A stretch of 32,000 bases of DNA. Origin: Pseudomonas aeruginosa. GTDB taxonomy: Bacteria > Pseudomonadota > Gammaproteobacteria > Pseudomonadales > Pseudomonadaceae. The translations under genes were made by a program, and so were the position numbers. Of the stretch, positions 1 to 9,292 are shown piece after piece. The DNA lies in NCBI RefSeq assembly GCF_001457615.1, contig NZ_LN831024.1, positions 2,250,001-2,282,000 on the forward strand. The letters are read 5' to 3'. The notes under the pieces were generated by a model. It searched no databases, had not been told where the DNA came from, and worked only from the letters and a program-made list of their open reading frames with translations. Each line of letters opens with the position of its first letter. Position 1 is the stretch's first letter.

Positions 1-509
1 ATGCCGCGGCCGCCGCCGCCGGCGCTGGCCTTGATCATCAGTGGGTAGCCGATGCGTTCGGCCTCGCGCCGCAGGGTCGCGTCGTCCTGTTCGGCGCCTT
101 CGTAGCCGGGGATGCACGGCACCCCGGCGGCGAGCATGGCGATCTTCGACAGGCGCTTGCTGCCCATCAGGTGGATGGCTTCCGCATCCGGGCCGATGAA
201 GACGATCCCGGCGGCTTCGCAGGCACGGGCGAATTCGGCGTTCTCGGAGAGGAAGCCGTAGCCGGGGTGGATCGCCTCGGCGCCGCTGCGACGGGCGGCG
301 TCGAGGATCGCCTCGATATTCAGGTAGGACTGCGCCACCGCTGCCGGGCCGATGCACACGGCCTCGTCGGCCAGTTGCACATGGCGGGCCTCGGCGTCCG
401 CCTCGCTGTACACGGCAACGCTGCGGTAGCCCAGTTCATGGGCGGTGCGCAGCACCCGGCAGGCGATTTCACCGCGGTTGGCGACGAGGATCTTGTTGAA
501 GCTGGGCAT
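1..509 (-). CDS. atuF: Geranyl-CoA carboxylase biotin-containing (alpha) subunit, N-terminal part; gene runs off the left edge
   Basis: Minus-strand reading from ATG at 507-509 gives [39 protein letters not shown]..., the typical biotin carboxylase N-terminus; adjacent to atuE/D/C. Confidence 0.93.
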   Translation of the reverse strand, partial: MPSFNKILVANRGEIACRVLRTAHELGYRSVAVYSEADAEARHVQLADEAVCIGPAAVAQSYLNIEAILDAARRSGAEAIHPGYGFLSENAEFARACEAAGIVFIGPDAEAIHLMGSKRLSKIAMLAAGVPCIPGYEGAEQDDATLRREAERIGYPLMIKASAGGGGRG

Positions 510-554
510 GTCGTTCGGCTCCTGGAGGCTGTTGCCCTGTTTCGCGGTCGTGGC

Positions 555-1349
555 TCACTGGGCCCAGACCGGCTTGCGTTTCTGTACGAAGGCCAGGGTG
601 CCTTCACTGCCTTCGGCGCCGCCCACCGCTTCGGCGAACTGTCGCGCCGCATCGTCCAGCAGGGCGCCGAGTTCGCCGCTTTCGCTGGCCAGCAGCAGGG
701 CCTTGGTGGCGGCGTTGGCGTTCGGCGCGCAGCGGCGCAGTTGCTCGAGGGTTTCCTCCAGGCGCTGTTCGAGGGCATCGGCGTCGGCCTCGCAGAAATG
801 CACCAGGCCCAGGCGCAGCGCCTCGCGGCCGTCGAAGCGGGCGGCGGTGAGGGCCAGGCGGCGGGCCTGGGTCAGGCCGATGCGGCGGACCACGAAAGGC
901 GCGATCTGCGCCGGGAGAATGCCGAGGCTGGTTTCCGGCAGGCCGAACTGCGCATCGGCGGCGGCGATCGCTACGTCCGACACGCAGGCCAGGCCGAAAC
1001 CGCCGCCGAGCACCGCGCCTTCCACCAGCGCCACCAGCAGTTGCGGGGCGGCCTGGGCTTCCTCCAGCAGGCTGCCGAAGGCGCGGTTCAGCGTGCGGTA
1101 GGCTTCCGCCCCGGCGGCGCGGGCACCGGCCATGTCCTTGATGTCGCCGCCGGCGCAGAAGTGCCCGCCGGCGCCGCGCAGCACCAGCGCCCGCACGCTA
1201 CGGTCGTCGCGCACGGCGGCGAGCACCGCGCGCAGTTCGCCGACCATCGCCAGGCTCATGGCGTTGCGGCTTTGCGGGCGGTTCAGGGTGATCCGCAGGA
1301 CGCCCTCGATGGGTTCCAGCAGCAGGGTCTCGCAATGCGGCAGGCTCAT
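555..1349 (-). CDS. atuE: Enoyl-CoA hydratase/isomerase family (isohexenylglutaconyl-CoA hydratase)
   Basis: MSLPHCETLLLEPIEGVLRITLNRPQSRNAMSLAMVGELR...GGHFCAGGDIKDM; crotonase signature. Start set at the internal ATG 1347-1349, shorter than the track ORF 555..1739. Confidence 0.92.
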   Translation of the reverse strand: MSLPHCETLLLEPIEGVLRITLNRPQSRNAMSLAMVGELRAVLAAVRDDRSVRALVLRGAGGHFCAGGDIKDMAGARAAGAEAYRTLNRAFGSLLEEAQAAPQLLVALVEGAVLGGGFGLACVSDVAIAAADAQFGLPETSLGILPAQIAPFVVRRIGLTQARRLALTAARFDGREALRLGLVHFCEADADALEQRLEETLEQLRRCAPNANAATKALLLASESGELGALLDDAARQFAEAVGGAEGSEGTLAFVQKRKPVWAQ

Positions 1350-1369
1350 GCCGGTTTCCTCCTGGAACG

Positions 1370-2530
1370 TCAGCCTTTCTTCTTGCCCGGCAGGATGCCC
1401 ATCAGCTTGCAGATGATGCCGAGCATGATCTCGTCGGCACCGCCGCCGATGGATACCAGGCGGGTGTCGCGGTAGGCGCGGGAGACCGGGTTGTCCCACA
1501 TGAAGCCCATGCCGCCCCAGTACTGCAGGCAGGCGTCGCTGACCTCGCGGCCGAGGCGGCCGGCCTTGAGCTTGGCCATGGAAGCCAGGCGCGTCACGTC
1601 CCTGCCTTTCACGTACAGCTCGGTGGCCTGGTAGACCAGGGCGCGCAGCGCCTCGACCTCGGTCATCATCTCGGCCATGCGGAAGTGGATGACCTGGTTG
1701 TCGATCAGCGGCTGGCCGAAGGTCCTGCGCTCCTTGCAATACTCGATGGTGACGTCGATGCAGTGCTCCAGGCCCTTGATCATGTTGGCCGCGCCGAACA
1801 GCCGTTCTTCCTGGAACTGCAGCATCTGCATCATGAAGCCGGCGCCCTCCGCGCCGATGCGGTTGCGCTGCGGTACGCGGACGTTATCGAAGAACACCTG
1901 GGCGGTCTCCGAACTGCGCATGCCGAGCTTGTCCAGGTGCGGACTGAGGGTAATGCCCGGGGTCTTCATCGGGACCACGATCAGCGACTTGTTGACGTGC
2001 GGCTTGTCGTCGGAGGTATTGGCGAGCAGGCACATGAAGTCGGCCGACGGCGAGTTGGTGATCCACATCTTGCTGCCGTTGATCACATAGTCGTCGCCGT
2101 CCTTGCGCGCGGTGGTCTTCAGGCCGGCGACGTCGGAGCCGGCGCCGACCTCGGAGACGCCGATGCAGCCGACCATCTCGCCGGCGATGGCCGGGCGGAG
2201 GAACTCCTCGCGCAACTCGTCGGAACCGAAGCGGGCCAGGGCCGGGGTGCACATGTCGGTCTGCACGCCGATGGCCATCGGGATGCCGCCGCAGGTGATG
2301 CTGCCGAATTCCTCGGCGGCGACGATCGAGTAGCTGTAGTCCAGGCCCATGCCGCCGAACTTCTCCGGCTTGGAGATGCCCAGCAGGCCGAGTTCGCCGG
2401 CCTTGCGGAAGATCTCGTGGATCGGGAAGCGGCCGTCCTTTTCCCACTGGTCGACGTTGGGGTTGATTTCCCGCTCGACGAAGCTGCGAACGGTGCGGCG
2501 GAGTTCCTCGTGTTCCTGGGTGAAGATCAT
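1370..2530 (-). CDS. atuD: Acyl-CoA dehydrogenase (citronellyl-CoA dehydrogenase)
   Basis: MIFTQEHEELRRTVRSFVEREINPNVDQWEKDGRFP...YRDTRLVSIGGGADEIMLGIICKLMGILPGKKKG; start at ATG 2528-2530 inside the longer track ORF. Confidence 0.93.
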   Translation of the reverse strand: MIFTQEHEELRRTVRSFVEREINPNVDQWEKDGRFPIHEIFRKAGELGLLGISKPEKFGGMGLDYSYSIVAAEEFGSITCGGIPMAIGVQTDMCTPALARFGSDELREEFLRPAIAGEMVGCIGVSEVGAGSDVAGLKTTARKDGDDYVINGSKMWITNSPSADFMCLLANTSDDKPHVNKSLIVVPMKTPGITLSPHLDKLGMRSSETAQVFFDNVRVPQRNRIGAEGAGFMMQMLQFQEERLFGAANMIKGLEHCIDVTIEYCKERRTFGQPLIDNQVIHFRMAEMMTEVEALRALVYQATELYVKGRDVTRLASMAKLKAGRLGREVSDACLQYWGGMGFMWDNPVSRAYRDTRLVSIGGGADEIMLGIICKLMGILPGKKKG

Positions 2531-2646
2531 GGGTTGTCTTTCCTCCTGGGCATCATTGTTTTCCGGCAGGATCCGCTTGCTCTTTCCCAACCCTCTTCCT
2601 TCAGGGAGAGCGGGGAGAGGGGCTGTCGCCGGCTCGCCTGTTGCAG

Positions 2647-4263
2647 TCAGAACCTCGCGACCCCGAAGCTGTTGCCCTTCAGCGGCCGCGCCTCGGCTTC
2701 CGCGCAGATATCCAGCAGGTAGCCGAGCAGCCTGCGGCTGTCGCGCGGGTCGACCAGGCCGTCGTCCCACAGGCTGGCGGTGCCGTAAAGCGCGGTGGAC
2801 TGGCTGTCGAGCTTCTGCGCGGTGACGGTTTCCAGCATGTCGAGCATCTTCGGGTCGGCTTCCTTGCCTTCCTTGGCGTGTTTCTCCTCGGTGACGATGC
2901 GCAGCACCTTGCCGGCCTGGGCGCCGCCCATCACCGCGGTGCGACTGTTCGGCCAGGCGAAGATGAAGCGCGGGTCGAGGCCGCGTCCGCACATCGCGTA
3001 GTTGCCGGCGCCGTAGGAGCCGCCGACCACCAGGGTCAGCTTGGGCACGCGGGCGTTGGCCACCGCCTGGATCATCTTCGAGCCGTGCTTGATCACGCCC
3101 TGGCGCTCCGACTCGGTGCCGACCATGAAGCCGGTGGTGTTGTGCAGGAACAGCAGCGGCGTGTTGCTCTGTTCGCAGAGTTGGATGAACTGCGCCGCCT
3201 TGGCCGCGCCCTGCGGGGTGATCGGTCCGTTGTTGCCGATCAGGCCGCAGGCGTGGCCCTCGATGCGCAGGTGGCCGCAGACGGTCTGGCCGTCGAACTC
3301 GTTCTTGAAGTCGAGGAACTCGGAGCCGTCGGCGATGCGCGCGACGATCTCGCGGACGTCGTAGGGCTTCTTCGGGTCGGCCGGAACCACCCCGAGCAGC
3401 TCCTCCACCGGGTACAGCGGTTCGCGCCAGGAACGCGCCGGGCGCGCCGGCAGTTGTGCGTTCCACGGCAACATGCCGACGATCTCGCGGGCCAGGCGCA
3501 CGCCGTCGGCGTCGTTTTCCGCCAGGTATTCCGCGGTGCCGGCGACCTGCGCGTGCAGTTCGGCTCCGCCGAGTTCCTCGTCGCTGGCGATCTCGCCGGT
3601 GGCGGCCTTGAGCAACGGCGGCCCGGCGAGGAACATCTTGGCCTTGCCGCGCACCACCACCACGTAGTCCGACAGCCCCGGCTGGTAGGCACCGCCGGCG
3701 GTGCTGGAACCATGCACCACGGTGACCTGGGGAATGCCCATGGCGGAGATCCGCGCCTGGTTGGCGAAGCCGCGCGCACCTTCGACGAAGATCTCCGCCG
3801 CGTAGTTGAGGTTGGCGCCACCGCTTTCGGTGAGGGTCACCACCGGCAGCTTGTTCTCCATGGCGATCTGCTGCAGGCGCAGGGTCTTCTTCAGCCCGGT
3901 CGGGGAGATGGTGCCGCCCTTGATCGCGCTGTTGCTGGCACTGACCAGGCAGCGCACCCCGGCGATGTAGCCGATCCCGGCGATGATCCCGCCGCCGGCC
4001 TGGGTGCCGTCCTTGTCGTCGTGCAGCTTGTAGCCGGCCAGCGAGGACAGTTCGAGGAACGGCGCGCCCGGGTCGAGCAGCAGCGCCAGGCGTTCGCGCG
4101 GCAGCAGCTGGCCGCGTTTCTCGAACTTCGGCCTGGCCTCGGCGGCCTTGTCCAGGACCTTCTGCTCCAACTCGCGGAAGCCGGCCACGGCGGCGAGCAT
4201 GGCCTCGCGGTTGCGGGCGAAGTCCTCGCCGTTGACGTCGAGTTCCGACTGGATCGCGGGCAT
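2647..4263 (-). CDS. atuC: Geranyl-CoA carboxylase carboxyltransferase (beta) subunit
   Basis: 538 aa, MPAIQSELDVNGEDFARNREAMLAAVAGFRELEQKVLDKAAE...; biotin-dependent acyl-CoA carboxylase beta family. Confidence 0.94.
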   Translation of the reverse strand: MPAIQSELDVNGEDFARNREAMLAAVAGFRELEQKVLDKAAEARPKFEKRGQLLPRERLALLLDPGAPFLELSSLAGYKLHDDKDGTQAGGGIIAGIGYIAGVRCLVSASNSAIKGGTISPTGLKKTLRLQQIAMENKLPVVTLTESGGANLNYAAEIFVEGARGFANQARISAMGIPQVTVVHGSSTAGGAYQPGLSDYVVVVRGKAKMFLAGPPLLKAATGEIASDEELGGAELHAQVAGTAEYLAENDADGVRLAREIVGMLPWNAQLPARPARSWREPLYPVEELLGVVPADPKKPYDVREIVARIADGSEFLDFKNEFDGQTVCGHLRIEGHACGLIGNNGPITPQGAAKAAQFIQLCEQSNTPLLFLHNTTGFMVGTESERQGVIKHGSKMIQAVANARVPKLTLVVGGSYGAGNYAMCGRGLDPRFIFAWPNSRTAVMGGAQAGKVLRIVTEEKHAKEGKEADPKMLDMLETVTAQKLDSQSTALYGTASLWDDGLVDPRDSRRLLGYLLDICAEAEARPLKGNSFGVARF

Positions 4264-4264
4264 G

Positions 4265-5143
4265 TCAGTCCTCCTGGTCCTTCAGTACGTCGGGCAGGTA
4301 GGCGCGGTGGAAGCCGTTGTACGCGCGGCTCTGTCCCGGCTTGCCCTTGAATAGCGGGAAGGCGCGGCTGCCCTGGCTGGCGGCGCCGTCGATGCGGATC
4401 GTGTTGCCGCTGACGAAGGCGGCGCCGGGGGAGAGGAGGAAGACGATGGCGGCGGCGACTTCCGACTCGCTGCCGATGCGCTTGAGCGGCACGTGCTCGC
4501 GCAGGGTCGGGATCACCGCCTTGAACGCGCCTTCGTAGGTATCCATGCCGCTGGACGCGATCCAGCCCGGCGCCACCGCGTTGACCCGCACGCCGGCATG
4601 GCCCCACTCGACGGCGGCGGTCCTGGTGAAATTCTCCATGCCGGAGCGTGCGGCGCCGGAGTGACCCATGCCGGGCATGCCGCCCCACATGTCGGCGAGC
4701 ATGTTGACGATGCTGCCGCCGGTCTTGCTCATCGACTGGTTGAACACTTCGCGGGCGACCAGGAAGCCGCCGACCAGGTTGGTGCGGAGCACGGTCTCGA
4801 AGCCCTTCTGGCTGATCGAGGCGAGGGGCGAGGGATACTGGCCGCCGGCGTTGTTGACGAGGTGATGGATGGTCCCGCGTTCGGCCAGGATATTCGCCAC
4901 CAGCGTCTTCACCGCTTCCTCCTCGCGGATGTCGCAGGCGTGCCAGCTGACGCTGCCGCCGTCCTCGACGATCTCGCCGGCGGTCTTCTCCAGCTTTTCC
5001 GCCTTGCGTCCGACCAGCACCACGTGGGCGCCGAGGGCCGCCAGCTCGTGGGCGGTGCAGCGGCCGATGCCGCTGCCGCCGCCGGTGACGATGATGGTCT
5101 GGCCGTCGAACAGGCCAGGTCGGAAGATCGAGTCGTAGCTCAT
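4265..5143 (-). CDS. atuB: Short-chain dehydrogenase/reductase family protein of the Atu pathway
   Basis: 292 aa, VTGGGSGIGRCTAHELAALGAHVVLVGRK (Rossmann motif), NNAGG; 1-nt gap to atuC. Confidence 0.9.
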   Translation of the reverse strand: MSYDSIFRPGLFDGQTIIVTGGGSGIGRCTAHELAALGAHVVLVGRKAEKLEKTAGEIVEDGGSVSWHACDIREEEAVKTLVANILAERGTIHHLVNNAGGQYPSPLASISQKGFETVLRTNLVGGFLVAREVFNQSMSKTGGSIVNMLADMWGGMPGMGHSGAARSGMENFTRTAAVEWGHAGVRVNAVAPGWIASSGMDTYEGAFKAVIPTLREHVPLKRIGSESEVAAAIVFLLSPGAAFVSGNTIRIDGAASQGSRAFPLFKGKPGQSRAYNGFHRAYLPDVLKDQED

Positions 5144-5212
5144 TGTTCTGGTGACTCCGATGAATCCCGTAGAGGGGCAGCGGAACGCCGCATTCGCCGT
5201 TCCTGGTTGTGG

Positions 5213-7015
5213 TTATCTGCCTTGCGTTTCCAGCGCGTCGGCGAGCGCCTGCGGCACCGCCACCGGGAACTCCAGCAACTGCTGGGCAAAGGCCTTGCCC
5301 TGCGGGTCGATGCGCAGGCTGGCGACGCCGCCGCCGCCGAGGGCGTTCTCCAGCAGGAAGTTCAGGCTGTGGCTGCCCGGCAGGTACCAGCGGCCGACCC
5401 GGCCGGTCTGCGGGTCGAGCACATGCTGCATCCAGTCCACCACCGCGCCTTCCTCCAGCGCCTCGGCGATCCACGGCAGGTACTCCGGGCGCCGCGCCAT
5501 GACCCCGATGTTGCTGTGGTTGCCTTTGTCGCCGGAGCGCGCCACCGCTAGCTTCACCAGCGGCACGCTGGCGCTGGCGGGCTGCTCCGGGCGTGGCGGC
5601 TGGCGCGCCTCGGCCAATCGTGCCGGGTCGAAGGCTTCGAGGACCGGCAGTTCCAGCGGATGGCGCTGGCCGTCGATCTCTACGCTCAACGCGCATTGCG
5701 CCTTGTCGATCAGGAAAGAGAACAGGCGGATCACCGGATACACCGTCGGCCGGCCGCCGACGATGCCGGTCAGGCCGGGCGCCATCCCGGTGGCGGCCTG
5801 GGCGATCTCGCGGGAGAACAGCACCAGGGCTTCCTTGCGCGGATGCCGGACGGCCAGCTTGACCACCACTTCGCGGCTGTCCTGCCGTCGCCCATGGGGA
5901 CCATAGGTGGCTTCGCTGCCGAGCAGTTCGACATTGACCTCGCGGTAGGGCTCCCAGCCGCGCTCGGCGAAGATTTCCTCGGTCCTGGCGATGATCGCCT
6001 GGCTGACCCGCTCGGCCTTCTTCAGCGCATCGATGCCGGCGATCAGGCAACTGGCGGTGCAGCGGAAACCGTCCGGATAGGTGGCGCTGACCTTGTACCG
6101 GTCGGTGGGCGGCAGGCCGCGCGCGCCTTCCACCGCGACCCGGTCGGGTCCGACCTGGCGCAGGCGCACCTCGGTGAAGTCGCAGACCACGTCGGGCAGC
6201 AGGTAGGCGCGTGGGTCGCCGATCTCGTAGAGCATCTGTTCGCCGACGCTCAGTTCGCTGACCAGGCCACCGGTGCCGGGCGCCTTGGTCACCACGAAGC
6301 GCCCGTCGGCCTCGACCTCGACGATGGGGAAACCGATGTGCTCATAGTCCGGCACCTGCTCCCAGTCGGTGAAATTGCCGCCGGTGCATTGCGCGCCGCA
6401 TTCGACGATGTGCCCGGCGAGGGCTGCCTGGGCCAGTCGGTCGTAGTCGTCCCAGGCCCAGCCGAACTCGTGCACCAGGGCGGCGCTGACCACCGCGCTG
6501 TCGACCACCCGGCCGGTGATCACGATATCCGCGCCCAGGCGCAGGGCCTCGACGATGCCCGGCGCGCCGAGGTAGGCGTTGAGCGAGACGCACATCGGCG
6601 GGAAAGGCGCGTCGCTGAACATCTCGCGGATGCCGGCCTTGGCCAGTTCGGCCTGGCGCGCTTGCAGGTTGTCGCCATGGAGCACGGCGATCTTCAGCTG
6701 CACCCCGGCCTTCTCGCAGGCCGCGGCGAGGGCGGCGGCACAGGCCTGCGGATTGATCCCGCCAGCGTTGCTGATGACGCGGATCTTCTTCTCGGCGATC
6801 TCGCCCAGCAGTGGTGCGAGGACCTCGACGAAGTCGGTGGCGTAGCCGGCGTCCGGCTGTTTCAGGCGGGCGCCGGCCATGATCGACATGGTGATCTCGG
6901 CCAGGTAGTCGAACACCAGGTAGTCCAGCGGCGCGCCGCGCACCAGCTGCGCGGCCGCGGTGCAGGTGTCGCCCCAGAAGGCCGAGGCGCAGCCGATGCG
7001 TACGGTCTTTTGCAT
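5213..7015 (-). CDS. atuA: AtuA family protein (DUF1446)
   Basis: [63 protein letters not shown]...; ATG at 7013-7015, first gene of the operon and divergent from atuR. Confidence 0.92.
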   Translation of the reverse strand: MQKTVRIGCASAFWGDTCTAAAQLVRGAPLDYLVFDYLAEITMSIMAGARLKQPDAGYATDFVEVLAPLLGEIAEKKIRVISNAGGINPQACAAALAAACEKAGVQLKIAVLHGDNLQARQAELAKAGIREMFSDAPFPPMCVSLNAYLGAPGIVEALRLGADIVITGRVVDSAVVSAALVHEFGWAWDDYDRLAQAALAGHIVECGAQCTGGNFTDWEQVPDYEHIGFPIVEVEADGRFVVTKAPGTGGLVSELSVGEQMLYEIGDPRAYLLPDVVCDFTEVRLRQVGPDRVAVEGARGLPPTDRYKVSATYPDGFRCTASCLIAGIDALKKAERVSQAIIARTEEIFAERGWEPYREVNVELLGSEATYGPHGRRQDSREVVVKLAVRHPRKEALVLFSREIAQAATGMAPGLTGIVGGRPTVYPVIRLFSFLIDKAQCALSVEIDGQRHPLELPVLEAFDPARLAEARQPPRPEQPASASVPLVKLAVARSGDKGNHSNIGVMARRPEYLPWIAEALEEGAVVDWMQHVLDPQTGRVGRWYLPGSHSLNFLLENALGGGGVASLRIDPQGKAFAQQLLEFPVAVPQALADALETQGR

Positions 7016-7054
7016 TGTTCTTGACCCGTGACGGCGGAAGTGTGGGGCGACATT

Positions 7055-7073
7055 ACCAAGCAAGCGCTTGGTT
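7055..7073 (+). promoter_or_regulatory. Probable AtuR operator 1 (ACCAAGCAAGCGCTTGGTT)
   Basis: ACCAAGC-AAGC-GCTTGGT inverted repeat containing the perfect palindrome CAAGCGCTTG; lies in the atuA/atuR divergent region. AtuR is reported to bind two inverted repeats here. Confidence 0.85.
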
Positions 7074-7109
7074 GAGAAGAGGGCGGAAACAAATCCGTTC
7101 TCGGCTGTT

Positions 7110-7128
7110 ACCCAAGCGCTTGCTCGGT
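7110..7128 (-). promoter_or_regulatory. Probable AtuR operator 2 (reverse orientation of the operator 1 motif)
   Basis: ACCCAAGCGCTTGCTCGGT; reverse complement ACCGAGCAAGCGCTTGGGT matches operator 1 at 17 of 19 positions; same CAAGCGCTTG core at 7113-7122. Confidence 0.82.
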
Positions 7129-7295
7129 CGTCTTCGCAGGCATACATTTCATGAATGCCGACAAGCACTTGCGGGGCAATCCCGAGGCCGGTCGGCAAAT
7201 ACGGAGCGGCCGGGCGCGCGGATGAGCGGCACCGAGCCGCCGACGATCCGGAAAAGGGGTACTCAGCGTTGGACGATCAGAAAGCCCGGGAAGTG

Positions 7296-7892
7296 ATGCT
7301 GGAGCTGGTGGCTACCGGACAGCTCACCGATCCGGAAAGCGCCCGCGGCAAGCTGCTGCAGACCGCCGCCCACCTGTTCCGCAGCAAAGGCTACGAACGC
7401 ACCACGGTGCGCGACCTGGCCAGCGCGGTGGGCATCCAGTCGGGCAGCATCTTCCATCACTTCAAGAGCAAGGACGAGATCCTGCGCTCGGTGATGGAAG
7501 AGACCATCCTCTACAACACCGCCCTGATGCGCGCCGCCCTGGCCGACGCCGAGGACCTGCGCGAGCGGGTGCTGGGACTGATCCGCTGCGAGCTGCAATC
7601 GATCATGGGCGGTACCGGCGAGGCGATGGCGGTGCTGGTCTACGAGTGGCGCTCGCTGTCCGCCGAAGGCCAGGCGTACATCCTCGGCCTGCGCGACATC
7701 TACGAGCAGATGTGGCTCGACGTGCTGGGGGAGGCGCGGCTGGCCGGCTACTGCCAGGGCGATCCGTTCATCCTGCGGCGCTTCCTCACCGGCGCGCTGT
7801 CCTGGACCACCACCTGGTTCCGTCCGGAAGGACCGATGAGTCTCGATCAGCTCGCCGAGGAGGCCCTGGCGCTGGTGATCAAGGACGCCTGA
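7296..7892 (+). CDS. atuR: TetR-family transcriptional repressor of the atu operon
   Basis: MLELVATGQLTDPESARGKLLQTAAHLFRSKGYERTTVRDLASAVGIQSGSIFHHFKSKDEIL, a TetR HTH. Start uncertain: upstream in-frame ATG at 7155 is possible, but the extension looks non-coding. Confidence 0.88.
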   Translation: MLELVATGQLTDPESARGKLLQTAAHLFRSKGYERTTVRDLASAVGIQSGSIFHHFKSKDEILRSVMEETILYNTALMRAALADAEDLRERVLGLIRCELQSIMGGTGEAMAVLVYEWRSLSAEGQAYILGLRDIYEQMWLDVLGEARLAGYCQGDPFILRRFLTGALSWTTTWFRPEGPMSLDQLAEEALALVIKDA

Positions 7893-8657
7893 TCACTCGG
7901 AGATCAGGCGGAACGGGTAGCTCAGCAGGAGGAAGTGCAGGGTGTTGATCGAGGCGTGCAGCAGCACCGCCAGGGACAGCCGCCCGCTGAAGTGCAGGAC
8001 CATGCCGTAGCCCAGCCCGGCGATCCCGGCCAGCAGCGCGTACACCGGGTTCACCAGCAGGTGCAGCGCGGCGTAGGCGAGGGTCGCGACGATGATTCCC
8101 GGCCAGGCGCCGAACCAGCGGATCAACTGGCTTTGCAGCAGGCCGCGGAAGAACGCCTCCTCGGCCAGCGAGACCACCCCGACGTTCAGTACCAGCCACC
8201 ACCAGAAGGCATCCGGCCACTTCGGCTGCCAGCTCGCGGCATTGGTCATGATCGACAGCAGCGGCACCACGAAGAAGGTCAGGCAGAAGGCCAGCGCGGT
8301 GATATCCAGCGACACCAGCGGCTGCTTCGGCCGGCGTAGCCACCAGGCGAGCAGGGTAAGGGCGACCAGGGCCTTGTCCCAGGGCAGCCAGATCATCTGG
8401 ATCGGCGGGCTGGCGCTGGCAAGGTCCCAGGGGAACAGGCGCAGGGGAATGAAGCCGGGCAGGTAGTGGATGGCGATCAGGGCGCTGGCGGCGAGGCTCA
8501 CCGGCCACCAGAGCAGGGTCGGCAGCCAGCGCTCGGCGTAGGTCACCCAGATGATGTAGAGCAGGACGATGACCGCCGTCAGCAGCGCGATGTGCCCGGT
8601 GAAGAAGCCCCCGAGCAGGAACAGAATGGGTAGAAGCGGTATCAGACGCCCGAGCAT
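7893..8657 (-). CDS. CPBP-family intramembrane (glutamic) metalloprotease-like protein
   Basis: 254 aa hydrophobic protein with EEAFFRGLLQS and a later HAS motif (VLLHASINTLHF). Confidence 0.85.
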   Translation of the reverse strand: MLGRLIPLLPILFLLGGFFTGHIALLTAVIVLLYIIWVTYAERWLPTLLWWPVSLAASALIAIHYLPGFIPLRLFPWDLASASPPIQMIWLPWDKALVALTLLAWWLRRPKQPLVSLDITALAFCLTFFVVPLLSIMTNAASWQPKWPDAFWWWLVLNVGVVSLAEEAFFRGLLQSQLIRWFGAWPGIIVATLAYAALHLLVNPVYALLAGIAGLGYGMVLHFSGRLSLAVLLHASINTLHFLLLSYPFRLISE

Positions 8658-8889
8658 GCAGCCTCCCGTTTAAAGGAGGGATTCTAAAGGCATTTCGACC
8701 CGCGGATGGGAAAAGCGCAAGGAACGAACCTTCTGCCAGAGGGAAACACACGGGGAACGAACCCCAGGTTGCGCAGGAAAAACCACGCGCGGCCCGCATG
8801 ACTCCGCCCCGCGAGCCTTCGCCTCGCCGGTTTTTCGCCCGCCGGGGTTTTCCTACGAGACCTAGTGACCCGCCGGCAGGCCAATAGGT

Positions 8890-9072
8890 TCAGCGGTCCT
8901 TCGCCTCCTGCGCGTCCAGCTCGGCGTTGCGTTCATGGATGCGTTTGAGCTGTTCCTCGCTCAACGGCAGCTTCTTCGCCGAGTCGCGTAGCAGCAGGAG
9001 TCCGCCGACGATGGAGCCCAGGGCGAGGACGATGATCAACCAGGCGTACCAGGGCATGTTGTTCTCCCTCAT
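8890..9072 (-). CDS. Small single-pass membrane protein (DUF2897-like), 60 aa
   Basis: MRENNMPWYAWLIIVLALGSIVGGLLLLRDSAKKLPLSEEQLKRIHERNAELDAQEAKDR; one TM segment plus charged tail. Start may be the internal Met at residue 6. Confidence 0.7.
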   Translation of the reverse strand: MRENNMPWYAWLIIVLALGSIVGGLLLLRDSAKKLPLSEEQLKRIHERNAELDAQEAKDR

Positions 9073-9292
9073 CGATATGAATGTTCACCATACGCCGGGT
9101 TTGCCTTTCTGTCAGACAACGCTCCGGCGCGAGGCCCTGTGGTTGAGACTCCCGGCGGCGCTCGGAAGTTGCGGGCGGAGAAAACGCTGAGCCTGGCCGG
9201 CGTGATGCCTGTCACATGTTGGCAATCTGACATTGCTTAACTGGCGGGTATCCCTTCATTGCCCGTCCGGGCCTGCCAGCGAGAGGTTGCCG

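Noticed and set aside
171-1475. 434-aa plus-strand ORF
   Set aside because: Antisense to atuF/atuE, which are convincingly coding; long antisense ORFs are expected in GC-rich Pseudomonas DNA.
5180-5203. Short imperfect repeat GGAACG...CGTTCC in the atuA-atuB gap
   Set aside because: Only 6-bp arms with a long loop; not distinguishable from chance.
3891-6050. 719-aa minus-strand ORF spanning atuA, atuB and atuC
   Set aside because: Out-of-frame artefact of high GC; low-complexity Arg/Gly/Pro-rich product crossing real gene boundaries.
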